Assembly: GCA_951406725.2 (NCBI GenBank)
Contig: OX597833.1
Location: forward strand, 43,958,001-44,022,000
Direction: 5' to 3'
Length of the DNA stretch: 64,000 bases
From: Octopus vulgaris
Lineage: Eukaryota
The translations under genes and the position numbers were made by a program. A model generated the notes under the pieces. That model had not been told where the DNA came from. It was given only the letters and a program-made list of their open reading frames with translations, and made no database searches. Below, piece after piece: positions 24,795 to 37,859 of the stretch (its first letter is position 1; each line of letters starts with the position of its first letter).

Positions 24795-25004
24795 TCTTTT
24801 CTCTCTTTCACTTGTTTCAGTCATTTGAGTGCGGCCATGCTGGAGCACCGCTTTTAGTCGAGCAACCCGACTGGCGAGACTTATTCTTTGTAAGCCCAGT
24901 ACTTATTCTATCGGTCTCTTTTGCCGAACCGCTAGGTGACGGGGACGTAAACACACCAGCATCGGTTGTCAAGCGATGCTAGAGGGACAAACACAGACAC
25001 ACAA

Positions 25005-25079
<75 letters not shown>

Positions 25080-25081
25080 TT

Positions 25082-25125
<44 letters not shown>

Positions 25126-25342
25126 CTTTACTAGGGCTAAACACAGAGGGGACAAACAAGGACAGACAAACGGATTAAGTCGATTACATCGATCCCAGTG
25201 CGTAACTGGTACTTAATTTATCGACCCCGAAAGGATGAAAGGCAAAGTCGACCTCGGCGGAATTTGAACACAGAACGTAGCGGCAGGCGAAATACGGCTA
25301 CGCATTTCGCCCGGCGTGCTAACGGTTCTGCCAGCTCGCCGC

Positions 25343-25402
<60 letters not shown>

Positions 25403-25785
25403 TACGATAGGCTTCTTTCAGTTTCCGTCTACCAAATCCACTCACGAGGCTTTGGTCGGCCCGAGGCTATAGCAGAAGACACTTTCCCAAGATGCCACGC
25501 AGTGGGACTGAACCCAGAACCAGTTAGTTGGTATTTTATCTAAATGAAAGGTGGCGAGCTGGCAGAAGCGTTAGCACGCCGGGCCAAATGCTTTGCGGTA
25601 TTTCGTCTGCCGTTACGTTCTGAGTTCAAATTCCGCCGAGGTCGACTTTGCCTTTTATCCTTTCGGGGTCGATAAATTAAGCACCAGTTACGCACTGGGG
25701 TCGATGTAATCGACTTAATACCTATGTCTGTCCTTGTTTGTCCCCTCTATGTTTAGTCCCTTGTGGGTAATAAAGAAATAGGTAT
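24795..25785. mobile_element. Nested SINEs: family B (minus) containing family A (minus, 25125-25343), followed by family A (plus, 25549-25785)
   Basis: Matches the consensus of both families. The two family-A copies form an inverted pair. Confidence 0.85.
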
Positions 25786-25972
25786 TTTATCTAAATGATT
25801 TTTCAATATGGCCCTGAGTGGAGAGGCTACCTTAAGTTCCTGTTGTGGTCGCAATGGTACACCCCATCCCACGGGACAAGTAATATGAATCGGCCACTAT
25901 AAAGTGAGACGACGTCAACCAATGCACAGAGTCTTTTGTCCGTCGTTGTACAAGTTCTCGGTCGTAGGTAAG

Positions 25973-26798
25973 GGATCTTTTCGGTTTGAACGGCAGTTTT
26001 TAACATAATTTCTAGGTAACTAAAAAATTTTAAACCTCGTATACTCGTAGAATGTGTTTATAAAACATCATTTTCTCTTGGCTTTCTTGAGAAAATTCTG
26101 TAGTTTGTAACATATTTCGTCTTTAATTTCTTGCCTTTCGGCAATTTTAACCAATCAATGATATCTATTGAGGTAAAAAGCATTCTGTGTCGTATGAATA
26201 TGTCCCTCCTTTAAGAAACAGATTGGGCTTATTTACATTTGTGAATAAAAAAAGATACCCTTCCCCCACCCCTAACCTTAACCCTAACCCTAACTAACCC
26301 TTAATCGAAAATAGATTGAAATGCAATAGATCGATACTAGGGTCATAATTATGAGTGACAATTTCATATGACACCGCTAGAAAAACTGCCATTTTCTCTA
26401 GCGGTGTCATATGAAATTGTCACCCATAATTATGTTCCTAGAATCGATCTATTGCATTTCAATCTATTTTAGATTTAGGATTAGTTAGGGTTAGGGTTAG
26501 AGGTGAGGGAAGGGTATCTTTTTTCTTCACAAATCTAAGTAAACCCAATCTGTTTCTTAAAGGAGGGACATATTCATTATGCACAGAATGTTATTTACCT
26601 AAATAGAGGTCAGCGATTGGTTAAAATTGCCGGAATGCTCGAAATTAAAGATGAAATATCTTACAAACTATAGAATTTTCTCAAGAAAGCCAAGAGAAAA
26701 TGATGTTTTATAAACACATTCTACCAGTATACGAAGTTTAAAACTTTTTAGTTACCTAGAAATTATGTTACAAAGTGCCGTTCAAAAGGAAAAGATCC
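25973..26798. mobile_element. Tail-to-tail inverted dimer of the GGATC-TIR MITE (~825-bp quasi-palindrome)
   Basis: Forward copy 25973-26390 and reverse copy 26391-26798, with both inner TIRs truncated. Further MITE fragments follow to ~26990. Confidence 0.85.
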
Positions 26799-27344
26799 AA
26801 ATTCAGTAGTTTGTAAGCTATTTCTTGTTTAATTTCTCGCATTTCGGCAATTTCAACTAATCAACGACGTCTATTGAGGTGAATACAATTACTGCTGTTG
26901 TTTGTCAACAAGTTCAACAAGAACTTCCGGCTGTGTATATTTCGTTTAAGAAACAGATTGAAATGCAATAAAATAGATCGATACTCGGATCTGAGATTAT
27001 CTATGTTCTTTATATATTAAATATGTAGTTAATTCATTTTGTAACAGAAACAAGAAAAAAACGTATTAGAAAAAAACTGAAAGAAAAGCGCACGCAAAAC
27101 TAGAAGATTATCATCTTTTTTTGTACCCCTCCATCACTGTAGGGTCATAATTATGAGGGAACGGGTTTGTTATCCAGCCCTATTTACGAGTGATCCCTTA
27201 GCTTATGACCACAAAATGTTTATATCTGCAGCATCTTTCGCATCATTATATAATATAAATTTATAGATATGTATGTAATACATGTATGTAGGTGTATATA
27301 TATATACATAATATCACACGATGTACTTATTGTATGTATAGATC

Positions 27345-27630
27345 AAATGTTACAGCAAAAGATGCTACAACTAATGAAACCTGAAAATACGTTTTCACCA
27401 CTCCATGTAGTGAATTCATTAAATGAATTTAAATATGATCCGCAAAATGGAGTCACCTTCGAGGCATATTACCGAAGATTTGAACAAATTTTCGAAAAAG
27501 AATGTCAAGCCTGGACTGTTGAAATGAAAGCGCGTCTAATTTTGAGGAGACTGGCGACAACAGAGCATGAAAAATACAGTAACTTTACACTGCCTAAAAA
27601 ATCGTCTGACATAAATTTTACGGACAAAAT
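27345..27630 (+). mobile_element. Gypsy gag remnant
   Basis: NSLNEFKYDPQNGVTFEAYYRRFEQIFEKEC...LILRRLATTEHEKYSNFTLPKK is homologous to the 13670 ORF. Confidence 0.78.
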
Positions 27631-28479
27631 ACCAATTAAAGTAAATCACAAGGGTGGTGCACCATGACCCCCCCCCAAACCCATGGCCTAAATGAATTAC
27701 AATAATATTACCAATTCTATGCATCAAAACACACATCCTAGTAAATAACAAAACCCATAAATGATTGTCCTTTCTCTTTTATTTTTATCTGTGAAACTTA
27801 GACCAGCTGAGTGAAATAAATTTATATCTCATAATTATGTTATATTACCACCGGTAACATATCTACCCGGTACCGGCAAGCCACTACCTACTGTAATACG
27901 TTGCATATAGTTGATACCTATTTGGCGTGTTTCAGATCATAACCCTCCAATAACACTACATTATTTTCATATTTATGGCTAATGTCACACTCATCACAAG
28001 AGTATTATGGCACAGTATATTAGTGGTAAATTTTTATTTCGTAATTAATTAAATGCAACTTAATGTCTTAAATACCATAACTCATAAAATGAGAAGCACA
28101 ACACCACTTTCTCCCACCAACAGTCGCCACCGAAAACGTCTCCCTGGCTGAACTAGAGATTACTGTGCCAATTTCTTTGAGCATTTCTATTTTATATAAA
28201 TTCAGTGAAGCACAACGCCCAAAATATATAACTAATATCAAAATAATTAATAACGTCAATAAGAAATAATGAGTTATCAAATTTATATTTATGAAAACAG
28301 AAAGTGAAATAGAAATTTATGGTAATACAGCTTTAAATTATAATTACAGTATATCTTAAACATCTTACACACAAAAGTTCATTAAATTCCTTAAAAAAAA
28401 TCACGCTGTTCATTATGTTTATCAGGATGATTATGAAGATGAAGATAATCATCGTAAGGATTATCTTCATCTTCGCTCT

Positions 28480-29850
28480 CCATAGTTTGAGGTAGAACGT
28501 CATCCACTTCTTCGTCATCCATGTCATCCCATACACAATCGTGTTCTGTACCATTGAATGCATTCGGAATTCCACATTTCTTGAGTGATCTGACAACAGT
28601 TTCAACTTTTATTTCCTTTCATGAAACGAACGATCTATTCACAGATCAGAAGCAGTAATGGACCCCGCATACTACCTCCTTTCGTATACGTTTTTTTCTC
28701 CATCACGCATCCCGTTATTCTTCTTGATTCTCATCATGTTCTAAAATGGCTTATTGATACTAACATCTAATGGTTGCAAAACACTTGTTAGTTAGTTAGT
28801 TAGTTAATTTGGCTCAAAAGCAAATAGCAAGGCCATGTAGGGGGACATGGAGTTAAGTACAGGGTGGTGTTCAAGTAAAGAGTTCAGGCCACTTGAGGTC
28901 AAGGGAGGCTTTGAACAAAGCGGTCGTCGGCATCTTCACCATCTCGTCTGGCAGCTTGTTCCACGGATCCGCAACCCGGACGGAGAAAGCTCCTCTCCTT
29001 CGATTGAGATGAAATCGTCGCAGGTAGAGCTTTTCGGAATGACCCCGCAGCCGACGCTCTGGAGCAGGAGTGAAGAACAGCTCTTTCGAGAGGTTACACT
29101 TTCCGCTTATGATGTTGTGGGCGAGAATGAGATCACCACGGCGGCCAGGAATTACAGCTTTATTAGTATTTTATGATTGGAAGCTATCAACAAGACCCTT
29201 TTCCTTTCGTAGTCGACCAGATCGTAAATTCCAAACTTTCTTTATCCATTTTCTACATCCACCTTCATCCATCCTTGTGAGTGCACATGGATGACAATTC
29301 CTTTTGCAAATTTCTCCTTCGGCCTAGTGTTTCTCATAAAAACAACCATCGGTTTTAATTTAGTACCATCAGCCATACAGGAAAGAACTAAAGAAACCTT
29401 ACTTTTCTCGTGGCCAGTGGTTCTCATGAATACTGTTTTTTCTACTTATCAATTCAGTTTGATTCTCTGGCATGTTAAGAGTAACGGGTTTTTCGTCTAT
29501 GCTCACAATGCATGATAATGCTGGACCGTCTTTCTGCTGATTGCTGATTACAAATCGATGAAACTCTTTTATCTTATCATCTAGATCAGCAGGCAGCTTT
29601 TGTGCGATCTTAGTTCTCTGCCGAAGTACTAAGTCATAACGTGTCATGAACCTAGTGCAACATCCAGTAGTTGCTTTAAAATCTGAAATTCCATCCTCCT
29701 TTGATTCCTTTCGTGCATGAATTCGGATGGCTTCACGAGTAACATACTTTCCATTTGGACAATCAAGTAGCCATTCTGCAACCTTTTTCTCCAATTTTGG
29801 TCACTTTCTAGATTTTCCTCTCTTAGTACATTTTCTTTTTGGCATTGCCT
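28480..29850 (-). mobile_element. Pogo/Tigger-like DNA transposon remnant
   Basis: CENP-B-type HTH (FKATTGCCTRFMTRYDLVLRQRTKIAQKLP) and DDE_1-like segments (TTGHEKSKVSLVLSCMADGTKLKPMVVF; LQPLDVSINKPF at ~28750-28785). Confidence 0.85.
28788..29145 (-). mobile_element. CR1/L2-like LINE 3' end with (TAAC)n tail, inserted into the pogo element
   Basis: Minus strand RGHSEKLYLRRFHLNRRRGAFSVRVADPWNKLPDEMV...FKASLD, followed by a taactaactaac tail. Confidence 0.8.
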
Positions 29851-29869
29851 GAAGCCACGACATCGTGGG

Positions 29870-30352
29870 GTATATTTGCCACCTAAATGTGCCTAACCCA
29901 TAAGGGTCGATGCTACTGTAGCTTGTAGCCCTAGGAAGACATGTCCAGCTGGTTATTGACACACTATTTGTGCTCTATCAGTATTTGCAAAGGGAAATCA
30001 TCGTTCCCCACTTCTTCGTGTGTATCACTACTGTTTATACCTCGATCAGAGATTTATTATTGCTGGTTTCTACTGTTTGGAGATCAGAGACTTTTCGTCA
30101 CTGGAAAAAGTATATATATTTGCATTGAGAACCACTTCCCATCACCAACCGGTGATTGTCACACACTGATGACGGGTCAATAATCAGAAACCCGGGTCCG
30201 TGTGTATCACGTCAGGCTTGAGATGGGAAAGATGACTTCCCTTTGCAAATACTGATAGGGAACAGATCTTGTCTCAATAGCCAGCTGGAGGAGATGACTA
30301 CCTGGAGCTACATTGACCCTTATGGGTTATCCACATTTAGGTGGCAAATATA
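29870..30352. mobile_element. Inverted-dimer copy of the hammerhead repeat family
   Basis: ~140-bp terminal inverted arms (gtatatttgccacctaaatgtg ... cacatttaggtggcaaatatac). 30030-30352 is a diverged reverse complement of the 19960-20300 unit. Confidence 0.75.
30160..30204 (+). ncRNA. Type-I hammerhead ribozyme motif (retrozyme-like family, diverged copy)
   Basis: cacaca-CTGATGA-cgggtcaataatca-GAAA-cccggg-TC-cgtgtg. The stem III palindrome ACCCGGGT is a double compensatory change relative to ATCCGGAT at 20121. Confidence 0.7.
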
Positions 30353-31402
30353 CTATATATATATTATTTAACTGGTTTCATCCCGGAGTACCGCCTTTAT
30401 AAATTAAGATTTTTTACTTCTGTGAGCCCTTAGGCTATGGCCATGCTGGGGCACTGACTGAAGAAATTTAGTTGAACAAATAAACTCCAGTACATAGGTT
30501 TTAAAGCCTCGTAATATTCTGTCCGTCTCTTTTGTGGAACCGCTTGTTTACGGCGATAGAGAAAGAGAGGCAGAGAGGCAGAGAAAGAGAGAGAGAGAGA
30601 GAGAATTCTCACGTCGAATTCGATCACACGGCTTTAACAGCTATGATGTAACCGTTAACCTACACTCACAAAGCAAGTGGTGAGCTCTTGTGTAACACGA
30701 GCCACACGTGAAATGCTGATAGCAGAAAGTTGATGCAAATATTTACCAGACAACGAAACGACATCAGGCTTTTCTATTGGAATTCCCCATCTCTTGAGTT
30801 AGCGGCCTCGCGTCGTCTTAAATTCTAATGTTCCCTAAGTAAGCAACCTGCGTACCTGGGCACCAAACATGAAATTTGTAAGTCCCCCGGCACACAAACG
30901 CACACACGCACGCACGCACACACGCACACGCAAACACGCGCACGCATATATATGCATGTATATATATATAAAGATACATTCCTGGTACAAAAACCAGGAC
31001 CTGGTGTCACTCCTACTTTTCGTCAGATCCAAGATTTGAGCGAAATCGCCTCCAGCATAGAGACCACTTTCATACACACATGAAGGCACTTCTCTAAATG
31101 AAGACCTTACCTTTAATTATGGCTTTGTGGGACGGAGCAAAGCAGGTCTTGTCGTCCAGCCAAAATACACATAGTAAATGGTACACAAGCACTCTGATAA
31201 ACTGCATGCTCAACATGTCCCATTTGCCAAAAGGTTTGCAAAGTATCTGCAGACCTCGAGAAACATATTCATGTCCGTAGAACATACTTGCCGCTCTATT
31301 TGTATTGAACCATCATTTGTTGTTCACGACGAGAGAAACCCGCAAAGATCAACCTCTAGCCTCTATAGATTTTTTTAATTCTCTGTTTATTTTCTCGTGT
31401 TC

Positions 31403-31438
31403 CTTTCTGTTGAAGAGCGTAGGCTCGAAACGTGAAAG
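31403..31438 (+). ncRNA. Hammerhead-like motif family C (G at the cleavage position, probably inactive)
   Basis: cttt-CTGTTGAA-GAGCgtagGCTC-GAAA-cg-TG-aaag. Confidence 0.45.
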
Positions 31439-31533
31439 ACTTTCTTACCTTCCCGAGCGTTAAACCAATTCATCTGTTTGTTGTTTAAAGACCTGTCTTA
31501 GTCTTTTGTTTTATTTTTGTAAATTCAAACTAC

Positions 31534-31581
<48 letters not shown>

Positions 31582-32013
31582 TATCATCGTTTAACATCCA
31601 TCTTCCATGCGTGCATGGGTAGGACAATTCACAGAAGCCAGCCAGGTAGAAAAATTACCCTATACAATCCCGTCTGTTTTTATGACTGGATGTCCTTCCT
31701 ATCACCAGACACTCTGCAAAGTGGACTCAGTGCTTTTTACGTAGCACCAGCACTGGCAGGATCATCAAGTAACTCGCAAGGAATTATGAGAAGGGTAAGT
31801 CATTTGAGGAGGGGAACTTACGTCAGCGGATGAAAGGTTAGAGTGTGACAAAGAGACAAAATGGCAGAAATAGGTGTCTTGTTATAACGAGGAAACCATT
31901 GGAGGAGGTGGCACGATATCTGATGATGAAAGGTTAGTGCTTTACAAAGAAAAAGAATGGTGAAATAGGTGTATTGTTATAGAGAAGGTACATGGCTACC
32001 CAGTGAGAGCGAC

Positions 32014-32060
<47 letters not shown>

Positions 32061-34102
32061 AAGAATGAGAGCAGAAATAGGTGTGCAGCTGTAGAGGAGA
32101 TATATGGCTTTCCAGCCAGAGGCAAGAAGAAAGGAAAGAGAGAGAGAGAGAGAGAGTAGGAAACAGCAAAAGGGCAAGAGATAGCGAGAAAGAGAGAGGA
32201 AGTAGGAAACAGCAAAAGTGCAAGAGAGAGAGAGAGAGAGAGAAAGAGAGCAGGAGAGAGATGGTGAAGTACCAGTGTATATTTATCCGTAATTCTAAAG
32301 TTGCCAATTTTATTGCATTATTCTACTCATAACTGGCATTACTATTAGCATTACAAGTATGTTCACTATTTTTACTACTATCTTTATGATATTAATTTCA
32401 TTATTATAATTACTAGAACTAATATTATTGCTGCTCCTACCATCATTAATACGGTAAATGCTGATGCGGAGAGTTGGCACAATCGTTACAACAACGGAAC
32501 AAATGTTTATCGACATTTCTTGTCTTTTACCTTCTGAGTTCAAATATCATCGAGCTCGAATTTGTCTTTCACCATTTTGGGATCAATAAAATAATAACCA
32601 ATTTAGAACTGGCTTAGATAGAATCGACTATCCCCTTCCACAATATTTGGCCTTGAAACCATTGTAGAAAGGACTATTACTGTAATTATTAACATTATTA
32701 CTATTACCACTACTGAGTCGAACGTCGGATATATCTTGAGTAGTTGTGTTGGTGTCACATATGAAATACTTTCCATTCTCTCGCACATTATCTACCAATA
32801 CATCGACTCCTGGTCTATGTGCAGCATGTAGAGTCATTTACATTGCAATTATAAATATTAGAAAAGACCTGTTGAGTAAGATTTTATTATTCTATTGGAG
32901 GTATATTTTATAATAGGGTAGTTGCGTAAGACACATTAACGATATGTCTATTAAAATGTTTTATGATATCTAATAGATTTACTGAAGAGTTTATCTAATG
33001 CAGCGAAGAAAGCGGAAGCAATCAGAGGGAATACATCAAGGTTAAATACTGGATATATCATTTTTTTTCTTACGTAATCCTTTACCGATTTTACTATTCT
33101 TGTTTTCCCTACTGTGTGCAGTGTTTTGCTTATACTTTACACCACTACCTAATGTTTTCATACAGCTGCTAGTTGTAGTTCCGTTACTTAAGTATTTTCG
33201 CTCCTTATCATTTCTTAACATCCCTCAATTTCCATCATTCCCCTCTCTTGCTATTAATTATAGTCAAGGTAGCGCGTTCGAATAGTTAGGTTCTCATAGT
33301 AGGGCACATGTCCTATATATACATACGTGTTTCACCAATCATGCTTATTGTTAATTATATCCTCATTTATTCCGTCTCCAGACCTACACCTTTGTCTACC
33401 AATTGTAGTATTCAAGTGTTCCTGCAAGAACTGATTCACTACTTTGAATATAACTAATTTTTCTACATATCTCATTGGATCCCATTGGGATTGTTCGACC
33501 AAAATTTTCAAAAACTTTACACATTTTCCTATACCATCTTAGTTCCGCTACACTATACCTGTCAACGTAAAACAATGTCATTTCTCTTTATACTTCTCCT
33601 AACCTAGGGAAAATAGTTACTAGTTGCAAAACGATAGAGATTGTGTACTTATATACGAAAAATTGTTTTATTATATCTTTCTAGATTCATGTGTATCAGA
33701 GCATATGTATCCATATACACACAAACACACATTAAGATATGTTTTCATTATCAGAAATCAACAAGCACTAACTGCAGAAGGCACACAATATATAGTATGG
33801 AGTCAAATATTTATTTCCGGGGAAAATGTGAGTTAATTTTCGCTTGGAAGTTTCGAAATAACCTGTAAAAAAGAAAGCATTGCCAATTTAGAAAGAAACT
33901 ATACGTGTATGTAAGTATGTATGAATGTATGTATGTATGTATGTATGTATGTATGCACGTATGTATGTATGTATGTATGTATGTATGTATGTATGTATGT
34001 ATGTATGTATGTATGTATGAATGTATGTATGTATGTATGTATGTATGTATGTATGTATGTATGCATGCACGATGAGTTTTGAATAAAACCAATGCAGTAA
34101 GC

Positions 34103-34480
34103 TGTTATGATGTGGTGTTTTCCATATCTATAATGTGTGGTGCCTCTTGTGACTGTAGCTTTTGTATCTACTATAGTGGACATTTTTCTGGTATCGGATA
34201 CAGTTTATCTCTTCTATACCGGAAGTAGTAATACATCGCTTCGTCTATCGTGCTATTGCTGATAGCTCTGCAAAACAGCGACTTTGAACCGCCTACCATC
34301 ACTGTTGACTCGAACTCGACTATAACCCTTAACTGACACTTAACTCCAACAGAGAACTCGTGCAACGATTCTACAACGACTGATAGACGACTACCCGTAC
34401 TGGTTGACGTCGTCGCACCTTATAGTGGCTGAGTCATACCATTTGTCCCGTGGGAGGGGTGTACCATTTCCACTACGATA
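34103..34480 (-). mobile_element. Solo LTR (duplicated at 61233-61609)
   Basis: TGT...ACA termini (intact in copy 2) and a near-perfect 5-bp TSD taagc/taatc. Related LTR-start fragments at 25841-25960 (+) and ~42010-42062 (-). Confidence 0.65.
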
Positions 34481-34513
34481 TAATCGTAAACTTAATAATA
34501 TTATATAGAAGAA

Positions 34514-34745
34514 CGGCGGCGAGCTGGTAGAACCGTTAGCACGCCGGGCGAAATGCGTAGCCGTATTTCGTCTGCCGTTACGTTCTGAGTTCAAATTCCG
34601 CCGAGGTCGACTTTGCCTTTCATCCTTTCGAGGTCGATAAATTAAGTACCAGTTACGCACTGGGGTCGATGTAATCGACTTAATCCCTTTGTCTGTCCTT
34701 GTTTGTCCCCTCTGTGTTTAGCCCCTTATGGGCAGTAAAGAAATA
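34514..34745 (+). mobile_element. SINE family A, full length, with TSD-like flanks atattatatagaagaa
   Basis: Consensus match. The flanking duplication is on both sides, and the insertion is shared with copy 2 at 61647-61877. Confidence 0.9.
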
Positions 34746-34840
34746 TATTATATAGAAGAATAACAAAATCAAAGGAACGAAAATGAAAAATACAATACTA
34801 ACCACTTTTTGATTCTGCTGGGGCTTGTTTTCCGAAATCC

Positions 34841-34920
34841 TTAATGAAAATGGCCAATAACAAGCAGTGTTGCTGCAAATTTCAAAATCTTAGTAATAAT
34901 ATTTGCATCAGATAATTTAT
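34841..34920 (-). CDS. Ig-array gene 3, last coding exon: short hydrophobic C-terminus (GPI-signal-like)
   Basis: Acceptor tttttttctttctattacag; phase-1 reading (D)KLSDANIITKILKFAATLLVIGHFH*. A donor-like gttagt lies 38 nt after the stop (34802) and an acceptor-like tttcttttttacag at ~33863, suggesting a 3'UTR intron. Confidence 0.65.
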
Positions 34921-36313
34921 CTGTAATAGAAAGAAAAAAAGCACATTTCATTTTAATTTTGGTACAAGACCAAAAGCTTTGGTGAAGGTGGACATCGATT
35001 ACATCAACTCCAGTATTCAATTGGTGCCTAATTCATTGACTCTGAAAGAATGAAAAGTAAAGTCAACTTCGGTGGCATTTTAACTCAGAAAGCCGGACAA
35101 AATGCCGCCAAGCATCTTTTACGGCGTGCTCATGAATCTACCAGCTTACAGCCTCAGAAACAGTAATCAGCGATAATGGAGATTTACATAAACACATGGA
35201 AACAATAAATAATCAGAAGAAAATCAAAACAACAAAGTTCCCAATTAAAAGGGAAACGCTACCCAAGGGTAACCAAGTAACCTCACAGTAACCAAGTAAT
35301 CCTGAGTCACCCTGTTCACCAGGAATACTGTTGTGTTTCTCTCTCCTCCTTGCTTCTGTAACTACCTGGGCACGCTTAGGTTACGACAATTCACTCGAGC
35401 CATTCTTGTTATATTCATCCACAGTGTAACAGTTTTACTGGGAGAAAGGACCTTGCTCTCCACGCTCACTTTCCTTTTAAACATGAAAAGTTAATGAAGG
35501 TTTGGTCTCTTTCTCATTAATCGCATCATCTTTCACCATAAGCACCTAATAGAGGAAATCTGCCTACCCTTCAAAATCAAAGGAATGCAAGGAAGCAATC
35601 TTCACTTTGGAGTCGACCTATAACCAGATCCGTCCGAGAAGTGATTGCAGCTGGTAGACATAACTCCAGAAATCAACGATGCTCAAGCACTATACTAATA
35701 CGTGTACAAAATCTTCATCATGCAATGTGCATCAAGGGCAAGAGCAGCTGAGGGGAATATCATGCCGGTACATTTTTTCCGCCGAGGTCGACTTTGCCTT
35801 TCATCCTTTCGGAGGTCGATTAAATAAGTACCTGTTACGCACTGGGGTCAGCATAATCGACTTAATCCGTTTGTCTGTCCTTGTTTGTCCTCTCTGTGTT
35901 TAGCCCCTTGTGTGTAGATGGTCTCGGTGCAACGTCCGCTAAGACCAATACCCTGCTGACAGAGGTGTGAGCGCCTGATGTCACACTAGGTGTCAGGTAC
36001 CCTCCATAGGTCTATGCTTGACCCAAGAATGTCGTGTATATATGTGAGTATGCGCAGTGTCAGTGTATGTGTATGAATGTGTGTGTGTAGGGATGTATGT
36101 GTGTGTGAGTGTGTGTAGCGTGTGCATGTATGTATGTGTAGATGTGTATATTAGTGTTTGTTCCCCACCATCACTGGAAAACCAGTGTTGGTTTGTTTAC
36201 GTGCCCACAACGTATCAGTTCGGGAATAAATACGACAAAGACTATTAGAAAATGGCCCAGCATGGCCACCATCCAGTAACTGAAAGAAGCAAAAGTTAGA
36301 AGATTAAAGATAC

Positions 36314-36346
36314 CTGCATTGTCTCTGATTGCTTGCTGCTCAGTAC
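36314..36346 (-). CDS. Ig-array gene 3, 33-nt linker micro-exon
   Basis: atttttatttgaag|GTACTGAGCAGCAAGCAATCAGAGACAATGCAG|gtatct = (G)TEQQAIRDNA, phase 1-1. The paralogue at 63617-63649 has a canonical tttctag acceptor. Confidence 0.6.
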
Positions 36347-36548
36347 CTTCAAATAAAAATTTAAAATACATAAACAAAATAATATATAGAAATATAATAT
36401 TTAAGTTTTAATCTTAGTTTTTAATGCAGTTTTGTTTTCCAAATTGGAAATAAAATCAAAATGTTTATCATTCAAAATGTGACCGCGTGTGTACCGTTGG
36501 CGATTTTTTTCCTCCGTCTTCCCTTCTCTGGATCTTTCCTTCTCCTAT

Positions 36549-36583
36549 GTTTCTGACGAAGAGCTCCGCGCGAAACGTTAAAC
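36549..36583 (+). ncRNA. Hammerhead-like motif related to family C (core CUGACGAA)
   Basis: gttt-CTGACGAA-GAGC tcc GCGC-GAAA-cg-TT-aaac. The core is deleted in the duplicated copy at ~63853. Confidence 0.5.
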
Positions 36584-36680
36584 CCGCCTTCATCCCTTCC
36601 TTCCCTAGCGTCCAATAATACTATATTTGTTCCACGTCCTCGCGTTGTTGTGTTTTCTCATTGTGTTTTCATGTTTGGAT

Positions 36681-36720
<40 letters not shown>

Positions 36721-37859
36721 ACCAGATCTACAATCGAAAAGTATGATCAAATTTGGATCCTGAACTGAAATTCATTCAATCTTTCTCCTTTTGTTTAATA
36801 TAAATCTGTTATACCAGTATTGAAATTTTTTCTTTATAGTATGTGTTCTTGTATATTTCTGTGTTGACTTGCCACGCTCTATATTTTTCTACTGCAAGCT
36901 CCTCATCTCTGAAATTTGAACTAGTACCTATTGTATGTCAGTCAGACAAACTGAAGCATTCTCGTGAAGTATTCTTCTTATGTCAAATTGCTGGAACCAG
37001 TCGAATTCTGTTGCTTATCTTAAGATCATTCCTGATAACTTTGACCTATGATCGAAGATTTTCCCTCCGTAACCACCCTGTCTTTTACTTTAGACATCGT
37101 TTGAATTATATTAACGAGAGTTATTCATACTTTTTAAATGAAAAGATATAATTAGAGAGATTATGTTAGTGTTTTTGACTTTTTACTTTTATAGCTAAGT
37201 CTTCATAGTCGAATGAAACTTTCTTTTACTAGGACGATAGAATAGGCATCAGGGAGATTTAGCTGCTATTTAACGCATAGAATTTCCTTCGGGATGCAGA
37301 CGAAACAAAGTAAAAAAATCGCAAAAGTATATGTTACTAGCTTAAGGTGACCCGCTCTACGCGTGGGTGAGGTTGTAGTTATTACTTTCTGTTGCTTCCT
37401 TTCTGTTTCTTATCACCACATTCTCCCTCTTTGTTTCTCTCTCACTTTCCTACTCTCTTACTCTTCCTTTCTCTCGGACTCTCCCTCGCTTTCTCTCACT
37501 CTCCATCTTTATTTATCTATCCCTCTCCCATTTATAAAAAGAAAAGATCTTGAGGAAGTTGAGAAAGGAAATATTTTGAAAGATCAATCATAAATATCAA
37601 GCAGTGAAAACGGAAAGCACACTTGCCTTTCGTATGTGTCACTATTTGAGCGATTAAAATATGGAAAAAAAGGATTTCTTTGTTAAATTTAGTACTTATT
37701 TTGGGAAGTTTTCGACGATTGACCATGCAAATGAAAGCTCAAAACTGTAAACAATAAAAAGTAAAGAGCAAAAATACGTAATAATGAGAGATTTTTTTCA
37801 ACTTCAGAAATATTGCCTTAATTTTCAAACTTTGAACCCATTTCCACGCTTAAATTACA

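Larger units (their letters stand above)
33475..36715. repeat. Segmental duplication copy 1 (gene 3 3' region); copy 2 is 56070-64000
   Basis: Long near-identical stretches, e.g. 33540-33905 with 56130-56500 and 34072-36700 with 61201-63965. Confidence 0.95.
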
